Made by a program: the position numbers and the translations under genes. Positions 1 to 10,020 of a stretch of DNA of 64,000 bases are shown in pieces. The first letter of the stretch is position 1. The number at the start of each line of letters is the position of its first letter. Source of the DNA: Bacteroidales bacterium (lineage in GTDB: Bacteria > Bacteroidota > Bacteroidia > Bacteroidales > JAIOZK01); NCBI GenBank assembly GCA_021740625.1, contig JAIOZK010000008.1, positions 27,627 to 91,626 of the forward strand, given 5' to 3'. The notes beneath the pieces are model-generated. The model saw nothing but the letters and a program-made list of their open reading frames with translations, ran no database searches and was not told the DNA's origin.

Positions 1-2
1 TT

Positions 3-1202
3 CAGCATCCTGACCCGGGGCGCATCAGGGATGCCATGAAGGAAAAGAAAGCACCCCTGAACGATTCCACCCTGGAATTGATCCGAAACGTAGAGGGTGT
101 AGCGATCGCCCACCCCGAAATCATTCTACCCTGCAAACTCGTAATGGGTGAGAAAAACACATCAACCCGTGCACAGGCCCTGCCTGCAGCCATGGGCAAA
201 TACAAGCCCTACAAAGATCTTATGGCCGGTACTTTCCTGCTTTCAGATACCGGCCGGCAAATGGTATTGAGCTGGGAAACCATGCGCAGGCTTGGTTATG
301 TTTGCATCGATGACAAACAGAACAAGCTCAGCAAGAAAGACTCATCAGAAAACAGGATTCTCGTGAATGCCGATACGATGATCGGGAAGAAGCTATTCCT
401 GGTGGCAGCCACCATTGACGTGAAAAAAGTAATGAAAAATCCCTTTGCCATGATGAATGGTGCAGGTGAAGAAGCTTTCAGTGAAGATTCAACTGTTTTC
501 ACCCTGACCGGCATTTTAAAACGTTCCGGGCCTTTTGGTTCGGGTGATATCAAAGGAGGGGCTGTGATCCCGGCAAAAACAGCCAGTGAAATCCCGACGC
601 TTGGTTTCAGCAGTATCTGGGATATTTTGAGCCCGGGAAAAGATGAAAATCAGTACAGTTCCATTTATGTGCGCGTGGGAGATATTCAGGAAATGGGTCG
701 CATCCGCAAGGAAATCGAAGACATGGATATGCATGTTTTTTCCATCAGCGATCAGCTGGAAGAGATCAAGAGAGGTTTTCTCATCATGGATTCCATACTT
801 GGCGCCATTGGGGTAGTAGCCCTGCTGATCGCAGCCCTGGGCATCATCAACACCATGGTGATGTCGATCCTGGAACGAACCCGTGAAATTGGAATCATGA
901 AAGCAATCGGCGGAAGCGACCGGGAGATCAAGACCATCTTTTTCGTGGAAGCCGGCTCCATTGGTCTTATCGGTGCCATCTTCGGGCTTTTGCTGGGATG
1001 GCTGTTTACCAGGGTGGCTACACTGGTTATCAACAATTACATCGTTCCGGATGATGAAGTGGCTGTTGACCTGTTTTATTTCCCTATCTGGTTGATTCTG
1101 GGAGCCATTGCCTTTTCAATATTGATCAGCCTGGCAGCGGGATTATACCCGGCGGCAAGGGCGGCAAGGATCGATCCGGTGAAGGCTTTGCGGCATGATT
1201 AG
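3..1202 (+). CDS. ABC transporter permease, MacB/FtsX family (5' truncated by window edge)
   Basis: Frame open from position 3; C-terminal FtsX signature 'NTMVMSILERTREIGIMKAIG' and 'GLYPAARAARIDPVKALRHD'. Confidence 0.9.
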   Translation, partial: QHPDPGRIRDAMKEKKAPLNDSTLELIRNVEGVAIAHPEIILPCKLVMGEKNTSTRAQALPAAMGKYKPYKDLMAGTFLLSDTGRQMVLSWETMRRLGYVCIDDKQNKLSKKDSSENRILVNADTMIGKKLFLVAATIDVKKVMKNPFAMMNGAGEEAFSEDSTVFTLTGILKRSGPFGSGDIKGGAVIPAKTASEIPTLGFSSIWDILSPGKDENQYSSIYVRVGDIQEMGRIRKEIEDMDMHVFSISDQLEEIKRGFLIMDSILGAIGVVALLIAALGIINTMVMSILERTREIGIMKAIGGSDREIKTIFFVEAGSIGLIGAIFGLLLGWLFTRVATLVINNYIVPDDEVAVDLFYFPIWLILGAIAFSILISLAAGLYPAARAARIDPVKALRHD

Positions 1203-1203
1203 A

Positions 1204-1330
1204 TAGAACGCGGATGACACGGATTTTGCAGATTTTAACTGATTAATGATAAATACAGCTATTGTAAAAAGGTAGTATAAAATTTTAAGGCTCCGGGTAA
1301 ATCCGCCTGATCAGCCTCATCCGTGTTCCA
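1204..1330. repeat. Imperfect inverted repeat with ~9-nt internal periodicity between convergent genes
   Basis: 1204-1235 tagaacgcggatgacacggattttgcagattt vs reverse complement of 1299-1330: 23/32 identical by manual alignment. Confidence 0.7.
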
Positions 1331-1332
1331 TT

Positions 1333-1689
1333 TCAGTACTTCCCCCAGAAACCCGTCACATCAAAATAAATGATCTTCGTTCTTTTTTTATCCTTGAGGG
1401 CAATCTCATACAGGTAGTATTCACGGCCATCCTGCTCCTTCTGGCCTTTGGAGAACATCACCCAATCGGGGCCCTGTTTGCCATAGGTTTCAGTCAGATA
1501 ATGCCTGATGGCCTTCATACCCTGGTTCATATTATCGGCATTTCGAATGACCACGGCTTTTTTATAATTTTTACCGTTCCCGCCTTCATAGCTTATGTTC
1601 CCGTAATCAAGGTTCTGGGCAGGTTTTGGCGAAGAACAACTATAAGCTGTAATGATCAAAAGCAAAGAAAAGAATCTTGATAGTTTCAT
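1333..1689 (-). CDS. Hypothetical lipoprotein
   Basis: MKLSRFFSLLLIITAYSC lipobox-like signal; ATG at 1689 overlaps pfkA stop (TAATG coupling). Confidence 0.7.
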   Translation of the reverse strand: MKLSRFFSLLLIITAYSCSSPKPAQNLDYGNISYEGGNGKNYKKAVVIRNADNMNQGMKAIRHYLTETYGKQGPDWVMFSKGQKEQDGREYYLYEIALKDKKRTKIIYFDVTGFWGKY

Positions 1690-2741
1690 TATATGCATGA
1701 TTTGCGATCTCCAAAACAAATATCCATTTTCCTGGCCTTGCGGATCAGGGCGTGGTCTGGCGGTACGGTCCTCAATTTCCCGGCAACTTCATTCAGGTCG
1801 ACGGAACCAATATTATCCCCCGTGATTTTCACCATGTGCCCGAATTTGCGTTCATGTATCAACTGCACGGCGTGTGCGCCAAACCTTGTGGCCAGGATGC
1901 GGTCGTTGGGTGAAGGACTTCCTCCCCTTTGGATATACCCCAGGATGGTTTCCCGGGCTTCCTGGTCGGTATTTTTTCTGATCTTCTTACCAATATACTG
2001 GGCTGCCGATCCACTTTTGGATTTCTTAATACCTTCGGCAACCACCACGATGGAATAAGGTTTTTTCTTGTCAGCCCTGTTCTGCAGGTATTCGTAAATA
2101 ATATCCATATCGTATTTGATCTCTGGCAGCAGGATTACATCACCGCCTCCGGCAACGCCAGAGTATAGGGCGAGCCAGCCGGCATGATGCCCCATGATCT
2201 CGATCACCATGATGCGCTTGTGGGAGTTGGCAGTGCTGTGCAGGCGGTCGATGGCATCGGTGGCGATCCACAGGGCCGAATCAAATCCGAAGGTCACATC
2301 CGTGCCCCAAACATCATTGTCGATGGTCTTTGGCAGGCCAATGATGTTGAGTCCTTCCTCGGCCAGCCTGGCTGCCGTTTTCTGGGTGCCATTGCCACCG
2401 ATGCAAACCAGGCAGTCCAGTTCGAGTTCTTTGTAATGCTTTTTGATCAACTTGGGCTTGTCGATCTGGTTCAAACCATTGCCTTCTTTTTTAAAAGGTT
2501 TTTCACGGGAAGTTCCCAGGATGGTGCCGCCCAGGGTAAGTATGCCGGAAAGATCCCTTTCGTATAACTGGGAATACTCCTTGTTGATCATCCCCAGGAA
2601 ACCGGATGATATGCCGAACACTTCCATGCCGTATTCCACAATGGCTGTCTTTCCCACTCCGCGTATAGCAGCATTGATACCGGGGCAATCGCCTCCGGCA
2701 GAAAGGATCCCAACACGCATGCCTTTGCTTGACTTGCTCAT
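1689..2741 (-). CDS. pfkA: 6-phosphofructokinase (PfkA family)
   Basis: GGDCPGINA, GGTILGTSR, GGNGT, PKTIDND, EIMGHHAGW, LGYIQRGGSP motifs. Confidence 0.95.
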   Translation of the reverse strand: MSKSSKGMRVGILSAGGDCPGINAAIRGVGKTAIVEYGMEVFGISSGFLGMINKEYSQLYERDLSGILTLGGTILGTSREKPFKKEGNGLNQIDKPKLIKKHYKELELDCLVCIGGNGTQKTAARLAEEGLNIIGLPKTIDNDVWGTDVTFGFDSALWIATDAIDRLHSTANSHKRIMVIEIMGHHAGWLALYSGVAGGGDVILLPEIKYDMDIIYEYLQNRADKKKPYSIVVVAEGIKKSKSGSAAQYIGKKIRKNTDQEARETILGYIQRGGSPSPNDRILATRFGAHAVQLIHERKFGHMVKITGDNIGSVDLNEVAGKLRTVPPDHALIRKARKMDICFGDRKSCI

Positions 2742-2846
2742 ATCTGTGGATTTACCCGGGTACTAAGGTAATAACTAATGAAAGGGAGATGTATTTTAAT
2801 TTTCAGGAATTATCAACAGGATGGCTCTGGAGCCCTGAGGTATCTT

Positions 2847-2982
2847 GCCCTTTCAGGGCGAATTTAATAAAAACCACATTTTACCCTGTGAAACGTATGG
2901 AGATTGTTTTGCCCTGCGCCCCGAAGGGGCAATATAAAACCGAAAACAAATAGTATTAATTCCCGGGTAGATTCCCGGGCCT
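2847..2982. repeat. REP-like palindrome doublet
   Basis: gccctttcagggc (2847-2859) and gccccgaaggggc (2918-2930) in inverted orientation, followed by cccggg-n-cccggg. Confidence 0.55.
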
Positions 2983-3051
2983 ATTTTCGGATACAGGGCA
3001 TAGGGGATAAAACTTTATATTCTCTCAGGGTGAAACGAAAGCGATCGAAGG

Positions 3052-4266
3052 CTATACCTTCAGCTCCTCCCCTTCCGATTTGGCAATGATCACCGCACCA
3101 CAACTGTCGCTCCACACATTGGTAGCTGTGCGGAACATGTCGAGGATACGATCGACTGAAAGAATCAGGCCCACTCCTTCCAGCGGAAGCCCTACCGCAG
3201 AAAGGATTACTGAAATCATAACAAGACCTGCCATTGGAATCCCAGCAGCACCGACAGAAGCCAACAGAGCCGTTACAACCACAATGATTTGCTGTCCGAA
3301 TGTCAGGTCGATACCATAGGCCTGAGCGATGAACATGGCTGCGACACATTCATACAATGCCGTTCCATCCATGTTGATGGTAGCCCCTAGCGGAAGTGTA
3401 AAACTGGAGATCTTATTGGATACCCCGTCATTTTCCTCCACTGCCTGTATAGTCAGTGGAAGCGTTGCACTGGAAGATGAAGTAGACCAGGCAGTCAAAA
3501 GCGGTGTGGTCACATTTCTGAAATGTTTCAGTGGTTTTGCCTTTCCGAAAAAACGGGTAAGGAGCGGGAGTGTAATGATCGCATGGACTGCGAGTGCCAG
3601 CATTACTGCCAGCATGTATTTGCCCATGCTTTGCGCCAAATCCAATATATCGCCCGATTCGCTCACCTGCAATGCAACGATCCCAAAAACACCAAGCGGG
3701 GCAAAGCGAATGATGAAAAAAGTAATCTTCATCATCACGTCGAAAACCGCATCAAAAAAATCGGTTAGGACTTTTTTCGATTTTCTGTTTGTTCTTGTAA
3801 TGAAGAACCCAAACAGAATGGCAAAGAAGATCACAGATAGCATTCTGTTCTCTACAAAAGCCTGAAAAATATTTGTTGGGATGATTTTGATCAGGGTTTG
3901 GCCAAAGGAATCAGTAATGATATCCAGGTCTTCCACATTCCGGGATAAACCCAGGTCGGCCCCAACACCAGGTTGCAATAAATTAACAAACAATAAACCG
4001 GTTACAATGGCCAGTGTGCTGGTCATGACATAATACAGTATTGTTTTTAATCCCAATCTTCCAAGGTTTTCAGCATTTCCAATATTGGTTACACCCGAAA
4101 TAATTGAGCTTAAGATCAAAGGAATGATGATCATTTTCAGGGCACGGATAAAGATATCCCCCATCCAGCTAATGTATTTCACCTGAGCCGGGAAAAAGAC
4201 ACCAAACAAAACACCAAAAACCAGGGCCAGAAATATCTGCCAGTGCAAAGGGAACTTCTTCATCAT
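3052..4266 (-). CDS. Dicarboxylate/amino acid:cation symporter (DAACS, GltP-like)
   Basis: STSSSSATLP, LPLGATINMDGT, DRILDMFRTATNVWSD motifs; multiple TM helices. Confidence 0.95.
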   Translation of the reverse strand: MMKKFPLHWQIFLALVFGVLFGVFFPAQVKYISWMGDIFIRALKMIIIPLILSSIISGVTNIGNAENLGRLGLKTILYYVMTSTLAIVTGLLFVNLLQPGVGADLGLSRNVEDLDIITDSFGQTLIKIIPTNIFQAFVENRMLSVIFFAILFGFFITRTNRKSKKVLTDFFDAVFDVMMKITFFIIRFAPLGVFGIVALQVSESGDILDLAQSMGKYMLAVMLALAVHAIITLPLLTRFFGKAKPLKHFRNVTTPLLTAWSTSSSSATLPLTIQAVEENDGVSNKISSFTLPLGATINMDGTALYECVAAMFIAQAYGIDLTFGQQIIVVVTALLASVGAAGIPMAGLVMISVILSAVGLPLEGVGLILSVDRILDMFRTATNVWSDSCGAVIIAKSEGEELKV

Positions 4267-4380
4267 GCAACCATTCGTATTTTGAGGGGTCTAAATTAAT
4301 AAAATCTGAATACCACAGGTAAAATCCGTGAAACAGCTACAATGAATTGTATTAATTTTACCAGAAGAAAAACCAGCGAG

Positions 4381-5955
4381 ATGAAAAAAAACATTTACCT
4401 TTTGGCCATGGTGTTTCTGCCTGTTTTCTTATCGGCTCAGCACACCAACATACTGATTGATGACAACCAGTTCGGTTACAAACCCTGCGAACCCTCTATC
4501 ATCATCAATCCAAAAAACACAGATCATATGGTAGCGGGTGCTATTATCAATCGATATTATTATTCAACTGACGGGGGAGAAAACTGGTCGATCGGATTTC
4601 TGGAATCCCCCTGGGGAGTATGGGGTGATCCTTCCGTTGTGGTAGATACCGCAGGAGCTTATTATTATTTCCATCTTGCCAATCCCCCGGTCGGAGTGGG
4701 AAGCTGGATAGACAGGATCATCTCTCAAAAGCTTGATCAGCCTGGCGGAAGCTGGGAACAGAAAACTTTTATGGGGCTGAACGGCACCAAGGCCCAGGAC
4801 AAAGAATGGCCTGTGATTGACCGCAGCAACAACAATATCTATGTAACCTGGACACAATTTGATGATTACGCATCTTATAGCCCGGACGATTACAGCAATA
4901 TTCACTTCTCTAAATCAACGGATGCCGGTCAAACCTGGTCCGAAGCCATGCAGATCAATGAAGTTTCGGGCAATTGTGTCGACAGCGACAATACCGTTGA
5001 AGGCGCTGTTCCGGCTGTAGGCCCCAATGGCGAGATTTATGTTGCCTGGGTAGGTCCTGCCGGACTGGTTTTTGACCGCTCCCTGGATGAAGGAGAAACC
5101 TGGCTGGAAGAAGATATTTTCATTACCGATGTTCCGGGAGGCTGGGATTATGATATTCCGGGGATTTCCAGATGCAATGGTTTGCCCATTACCAAATGCG
5201 ATCTGAGTGGCGGTGAACATCATGGTACGATTTACGTTAACTGGTCAGATCAGAGAAATGGGATGGATGATACCGACGTATGGCTGGTAAAATCCACAAA
5301 CGGGGGTGATACCTGGACAGAGCCCATCAGAGTAAACGACGATCCTCCAGGCAGCCAGCAGTTCTTCACCTGGATGGATGTGGACCTGGCAACTGGTTAT
5401 CTCTGGTTTGTATGGTATGACAGAAGAAACTATGATGACAACAATACGGATGTTTACATGGCGGTTTCAAGAGATGGAGGTGAAACTTTTCACAATTTCA
5501 AAGTCAGTGAAAGTCCGTTTTATCCTGAAACCGGATTCAACATTTTTTTCGGAGATTACAACAATGTATCTGCCTTCAACAATGTAATCCGACCCATCTG
5601 GACCAGACAGGATGCAGGAGAGTTGAGTGTTTGGACAGCCCTTGTGGATCCGTATATCGTGGGTTTCGAAGAAAATATCCCCAGCCTGCTGAGCCTGGAA
5701 CAAAATTATCCCAATCCTTTCAAGGTAAGTACGAAGATCGCCTATAAGATCATGGAGCCCGGTGATGTGAGTCTGAGTATCTATAATCTTCATGGGGAAA
5801 AAGTAGTTCAGTTATTTGAGAACAAATATCATTTTCGTGGAAAGTTTATTGAAAGTTTCAACCCGGCAGATCATGGTTTGCCTGCTGGGGTTTATTTCTT
5901 TCGGCTCTCTACCAAAAATGAAGTGCTGAAAAGGACGATGGTTTTTGTGAAATAG
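4381..5955 (+). CDS. Secreted Asp-box (BNR) beta-propeller, sialidase-like fold, with T9SS C-terminal sorting domain
   Basis: Signal peptide; five Asp-boxes (STDGGENW, STDAGQTW, SLDEGETW, STNGGDTW, SRDGGETF); 'QNYPNPF...GVYFFRL' CTD. Confidence 0.85.
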   Translation: MKKNIYLLAMVFLPVFLSAQHTNILIDDNQFGYKPCEPSIIINPKNTDHMVAGAIINRYYYSTDGGENWSIGFLESPWGVWGDPSVVVDTAGAYYYFHLANPPVGVGSWIDRIISQKLDQPGGSWEQKTFMGLNGTKAQDKEWPVIDRSNNNIYVTWTQFDDYASYSPDDYSNIHFSKSTDAGQTWSEAMQINEVSGNCVDSDNTVEGAVPAVGPNGEIYVAWVGPAGLVFDRSLDEGETWLEEDIFITDVPGGWDYDIPGISRCNGLPITKCDLSGGEHHGTIYVNWSDQRNGMDDTDVWLVKSTNGGDTWTEPIRVNDDPPGSQQFFTWMDVDLATGYLWFVWYDRRNYDDNNTDVYMAVSRDGGETFHNFKVSESPFYPETGFNIFFGDYNNVSAFNNVIRPIWTRQDAGELSVWTALVDPYIVGFEENIPSLLSLEQNYPNPFKVSTKIAYKIMEPGDVSLSIYNLHGEKVVQLFENKYHFRGKFIESFNPADHGLPAGVYFFRLSTKNEVLKRTMVFVK

Positions 5956-5989
5956 GAATTGTAGCTCACAGGGGACGAAGAAATTGTTT

Positions 5990-6081
5990 CGGGCTGAAGC
6001 CCTCATTCATCTGTACTCCGCCATGCCCCCATGCTTCAGCATGGGGTAAGTATTGTTGGAAATCAATTCTGGGCTGAAGAC
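5990..6081. repeat. REP-like palindromes
   Basis: gggctgaagccc, ccccatgcttcagcatgggg and gggctgaagacc in a convergent intergenic region. Confidence 0.55.
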
Positions 6082-6147
6082 CAGCTCTTATTTTCAAAGC
6101 GAGGCTGTATCAGGAGTTGTAAAATTGTGAAGCACAAAGTTCGCGAA

Positions 6148-6232
6148 TAAATCGCAACGGAGGCAAAGGGTTCACATTCTGAAGCGTTTTCTTTGCGTTC
6201 TTTATTGAAACCTGTCGTCCATTGCGGTTAAT
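6148..6232. repeat. Degenerate inverted repeat (cgcaacgg/ccattgcg type)
   Basis: taaatcgcaacggaggcaaag is roughly complementary to ctttgcg...gtccattgcggttaa. Confidence 0.4.
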
Positions 6233-6277
6233 CAAGCTTTTGATATAGTCTTAAATTAACATTAAACCTACAGGATA

Positions 6278-7546
6278 TTATTCTGCATAGAAATCGATCA
6301 TTCTTTGAATGGCCCGTTTGCAGGCTCCGCAGAATTCATTTCCCTTGAATGTATTCATCAGGCAGTCGTATTTGGGTCTGTAGACCCCTTTGGCAGAGTA
6401 TCCGCCTCCTTCGAAAACACCCAGTATATCCAAATAAGGCGCTTCGGCCGGGGTTGGAACGGGTACGGTATCAGACAGCAGCTCTTGCCATTTGGATCCG
6501 AAATTTACAAGTGTGCTTAGGTTGGGTTCCCAGGGCTCAACTTCGGTATTGTAAAAATCGCTGTAGGCCACTTCGTCGGCATAATATTCATCTCCCAGTC
6601 CTGCAAAACCATGCCCGAATTCATGGATAAAAATCTTGGCTGCAGCACTGTTGCTGTTTACGCTCAGGCAGTAAAAGTTATAAATCCCACCACCTCCGTA
6701 TTTGGAATCATTGGCCAGGATGTATATCTGGTCGTAAGGAGCGTTGGCGGCAAGATCTCGTATGCTTTTATTGTCGAGACTCATACAATACCTTTCCGAA
6801 TCAAAGGTATAAAAGGAAGAACTTAAGATTGTATTTTTCCAGACCGAATCTGCCGGAATATCCACACCCGAATCCTCAGAAGGAGCGAGTACGCCCCGGA
6901 TGTTGAATTTATCCATATTCTGATCATATGGACTGAAAGAAAAAAGCGCATCCATAAAAGTGTTGCAATCCTGTTGGAACAAGGCCATTTCCCGTTTTGT
7001 ATAACCATCTGGCAAAATCAATATGTCAACGCTTTCGGCCGGATCGCCGCTGATATAAGCTTCATATACGGGATATTCTAATCTTCTTTCCGGTTTGATG
7101 AAATAGGAATCTACATCCACTTCATAAGTAAATTTTATCTCAAACTCACCTTCCCAGTTTCTGCTGTAAAAATCCACCCTGACATCGTTCTTCGGAAAAG
7201 GGAATAACACACTTTCGGAAAAACTTTTGCTTGTTTCCTTTGCTTCAGCAGTGTTCTGCCATTCCCCGAATAATGTTGAATATCCCCGTGAGTAGATCAT
7301 GCTATCGCTTGCAAGGTCAATCACTTCAAAATAATACTTTCCCAACCTGAAGGTATCAACAAGGTTAATTTTTGAACCTCCCCAGTTTGGTTCGGCCAGC
7401 AATTCATCGATCGAAAAGATTTCAGATTCATGATCACCGGTATGGTAATAGTCGATGCGGAGACTTTTGTCGTGAAAATATTTTTCAAACTGGGCCTGTA
7501 AAGAAAAACTGGCCAGCAACATAAGAATTAAGAGCAGTTTTTTCAT
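6278..7546 (-). CDS. Peptidase M64 (IgA peptidase-like) family metalloprotease
   Basis: Signal peptide; HEFGHGFAGLGDEY zinc motif; GVFEGGGY..GVYRP and C-terminal C-x-M...C-x-x-C. Confidence 0.9.
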   Translation of the reverse strand: MKKLLLILMLLASFSLQAQFEKYFHDKSLRIDYYHTGDHESEIFSIDELLAEPNWGGSKINLVDTFRLGKYYFEVIDLASDSMIYSRGYSTLFGEWQNTAEAKETSKSFSESVLFPFPKNDVRVDFYSRNWEGEFEIKFTYEVDVDSYFIKPERRLEYPVYEAYISGDPAESVDILILPDGYTKREMALFQQDCNTFMDALFSFSPYDQNMDKFNIRGVLAPSEDSGVDIPADSVWKNTILSSSFYTFDSERYCMSLDNKSIRDLAANAPYDQIYILANDSKYGGGGIYNFYCLSVNSNSAAAKIFIHEFGHGFAGLGDEYYADEVAYSDFYNTEVEPWEPNLSTLVNFGSKWQELLSDTVPVPTPAEAPYLDILGVFEGGGYSAKGVYRPKYDCLMNTFKGNEFCGACKRAIQRMIDFYAE

Positions 7547-7910
7547 CTTGATTATTTTTAACAAAATTCGGAAAAAATATTTTTCACGTTAAGCCGCAAA
7601 TACATAATTTGTGGAAACGTAAGAAAATTTTACGAGCATCCTGGCTTTATATGAAGTCTTTTCACCCTCACGCTAATCTGAGAAGTATTCGGTGATCTTG
7701 CCTGTTGATTTATTTAAATAAGAAACTAACAACTCTGCGTGAAACTGGAACTTTCTTAGAATGTTTCCAAATAAAGAAAAAACTGCAAGTATTGTTTTCA
7801 TAAGCATATATCTTTCTTTATTTTTGGTTTAAGAAAAAGATTGATACAGCATTTCGAAAAAAGTTCACAAAAAAATCAGGAATTTCCATTATTAACAAAA
7901 CATAGGGATT

Positions 7911-8741
7911 TTGCGTTTCAAATTAATTTTTTCTGTCGACCGGGTAAAAAGCCCATTGCCCATATTACCGGTTCATTATCAGTACCCGGTTTCCTGCTGG
8001 ATTTATAAAACCATCCGTGAGGGCAATCCGGATTACAGGGGCTGGCTGAAAAAGAACGGATTTATTTCGAGCCGTCAGGTTTTTAAGATTTTTACCTTTT
8101 CAAATTTCCTCCTGAATGAAAACGAATATGAAATCCGCGGAGACCGGATCATGTTATTGAGTGATAGCATCGAAATGGTACTGAGCAGTCTTGTCAATAC
8201 TGATATTACTGAATATGTCAAAGCCCTTTTTACCGGACAGGAGCTTTCGCTGGGAGATAAGAAAAGCCGGGTGTTTTTTGAGCTCAGGGATGTAGTACCC
8301 CTGGATGAGCAATTGAATGAAAAGACCAGATTGAGGCTGATATCGCCGGTTGTGATCAGCCCGGATTTTGTAAAAGAAGAAAACAAAATTCCGGAAGCCT
8401 TCCTTAACCCGCAAGATGATGAATACAAATTCTACTTTTTTAAAAACCTGATCGAAAAAGAGCTGATCAAAAAGGGAAAGAACCCGGCCCAGGCCAAGAT
8501 GGACCTGGAAGATGCCGAAATGGAAATCCTCAGCAAACCCAAAAAAGTGGATACACCTATTAAATCAGGGAATAACGGAACCAAAAACATTCCGGCTTAT
8601 TCTTTCGAGTTTGAAATCAAGGCCCCCGAACATCTTATTAAAAACGGATTCTACGGAGGCTTCGGCACCCTGAACAGCAAGGGTTTCGGTTGTGCGGAGA
8701 TCGTGGAAGAGGAAGAAGAATATCCCTATTATGGCAGATAA
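7911..8741 (+). CDS. cas6: CRISPR-associated endoribonuclease Cas6-like (orphan)
   Basis: N-terminal LP.HYQY...WIY...FKIFTFS and C-terminal Gly-rich loop GFYGGFGTLNSKGFG; no other cas gene or array in window. Confidence 0.85.
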   Translation: MRFKLIFSVDRVKSPLPILPVHYQYPVSCWIYKTIREGNPDYRGWLKKNGFISSRQVFKIFTFSNFLLNENEYEIRGDRIMLLSDSIEMVLSSLVNTDITEYVKALFTGQELSLGDKKSRVFFELRDVVPLDEQLNEKTRLRLISPVVISPDFVKEENKIPEAFLNPQDDEYKFYFFKNLIEKELIKKGKNPAQAKMDLEDAEMEILSKPKKVDTPIKSGNNGTKNIPAYSFEFEIKAPEHLIKNGFYGGFGTLNSKGFGCAEIVEEEEEYPYYGR

Positions 8742-8765
8742 CAAAGCCGGTACATTGATCACAAT

Positions 8766-9422
8766 ATGCAGATGAAACGAATTTACCTCGGTTTTGAGTT
8801 TATCTTATTATTCTTTGCCATTCCCCTGTTCTTATATCTTTTCCCTGAAATCGTTTTCAGGCCCATTGCTTTCCTTCTGCCCTTAGTTCTCCTGATCTTT
8901 TTTTACTTATACAGAGCACCAGGTTTCAAATTCATGGAGCTTTTAAAGCTCAACATCGATCGAAAGATATGGTTTAAGAACCTGTTGACAATTGTCATTA
9001 CAGGAATCCTGATGCTGCTTTCGGTATGGTACTTCGATCCTGCCAATCTTTTCAATTTGCCCCGGATGAACCTCAGGCTCTGGTTCATGCTCTGCATTTT
9101 CTACCCCCTCTTTTCAGCTAGCATACAAGAGATCATTTTCAAGACTTTCTTTTTCAGGAGATACAGGGAGCTATTCAGGAGCAAAACAACCCTTATCATA
9201 GGCAGCGGCATCAGCTTCGGTTTTATGCATATCGTTTATTACAGTTGGATCTCCATGAGCTTGTCATTTTTCATGGGCATTTACCTGGCGATGGTTTATG
9301 AAAAAACAGGAAGTGTTTTATTTATAACAATCCTTCATGGTATTTTCGGAATCATGGCTTTTTCATTCGGACTGGGACAGTATTTCTGGCTGGATATGTT
9401 TGAGTATATCAATAAGTTTTGA
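8766..9422 (+). CDS. CPBP/Abi (CAAX protease-like) intramembrane metalloprotease
   Basis: QEIIFK (EExxFR-like), FGFMH and LHG motifs in a multi-TM protein. Confidence 0.75.
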   Translation: MQMKRIYLGFEFILLFFAIPLFLYLFPEIVFRPIAFLLPLVLLIFFYLYRAPGFKFMELLKLNIDRKIWFKNLLTIVITGILMLLSVWYFDPANLFNLPRMNLRLWFMLCIFYPLFSASIQEIIFKTFFFRRYRELFRSKTTLIIGSGISFGFMHIVYYSWISMSLSFFMGIYLAMVYEKTGSVLFITILHGIFGIMAFSFGLGQYFWLDMFEYINKF

Positions 9423-9514
9423 CCAACCTCACTAAAGTTTCGGGGGTTAAACGTTTTACAAAGTAGCTGGAATTAACTATGACGCGTTGGTGTTTTCTCA
9501 ATGTTAATAGATAA

Positions 9515-9922
9515 TCATTGAAACAGGCCAGTGAAAAGATCGTAGATTACGAATCCGATGAAACTGCCGATGAGCATATATATCAATCCTTCCGGGTCGA
9601 AGGTGATGCCGGGGGTGAAATGCTCCCAGGCACGGCCGGCAATGTTCCAGTCGGCATGCCGGAAGAAGGCAAATATCTTACCCAGGATTGAGGCCTCCTG
9701 AATGGCTTGCATGCCTTCTTCCAGTTCCCGGGCTCTTTGGGTAAGTTCGGGGATACCAAATTCCAGGGCGCTTCTGCGGGCTTCGTCAATATGACCGCCA
9801 AGGCGCTGCAGGTATTGTGCAATGTATTGCGGGAACTGTCCGGCCGCCACACCACCTGCCAGTCCGGCGATAGCGGTGAACAGTCTGTCGATCCTTCTGC
9901 CTGTCCATTTTTTGAATCCCAT
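9515..9922 (-). CDS. DUF2937-like membrane protein
   Basis: QFPQYIAQYLQRLGGHIDEA motif; start at MGFKK, preceded by a TATCTTTG promoter motif. Confidence 0.7.
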   Translation of the reverse strand: MGFKKWTGRRIDRLFTAIAGLAGGVAAGQFPQYIAQYLQRLGGHIDEARRSALEFGIPELTQRARELEEGMQAIQEASILGKIFAFFRHADWNIAGRAWEHFTPGITFDPEGLIYMLIGSFIGFVIYDLFTGLFQ

Positions 9923-10020
9923 ATCGCAAAGATAAACGGAAAATGATTGACCCTTGAATATTTGAAAATTAAGAAATTGAGGAATTTGTTGTGAGCCTTG
10001 GTAAGCAGGATGATAACAAA

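Noticed and set aside
7565-7910. Possible CRISPR array or leader next to cas6
   Set aside because: AT-rich but no regularly spaced direct repeats here or anywhere in the window
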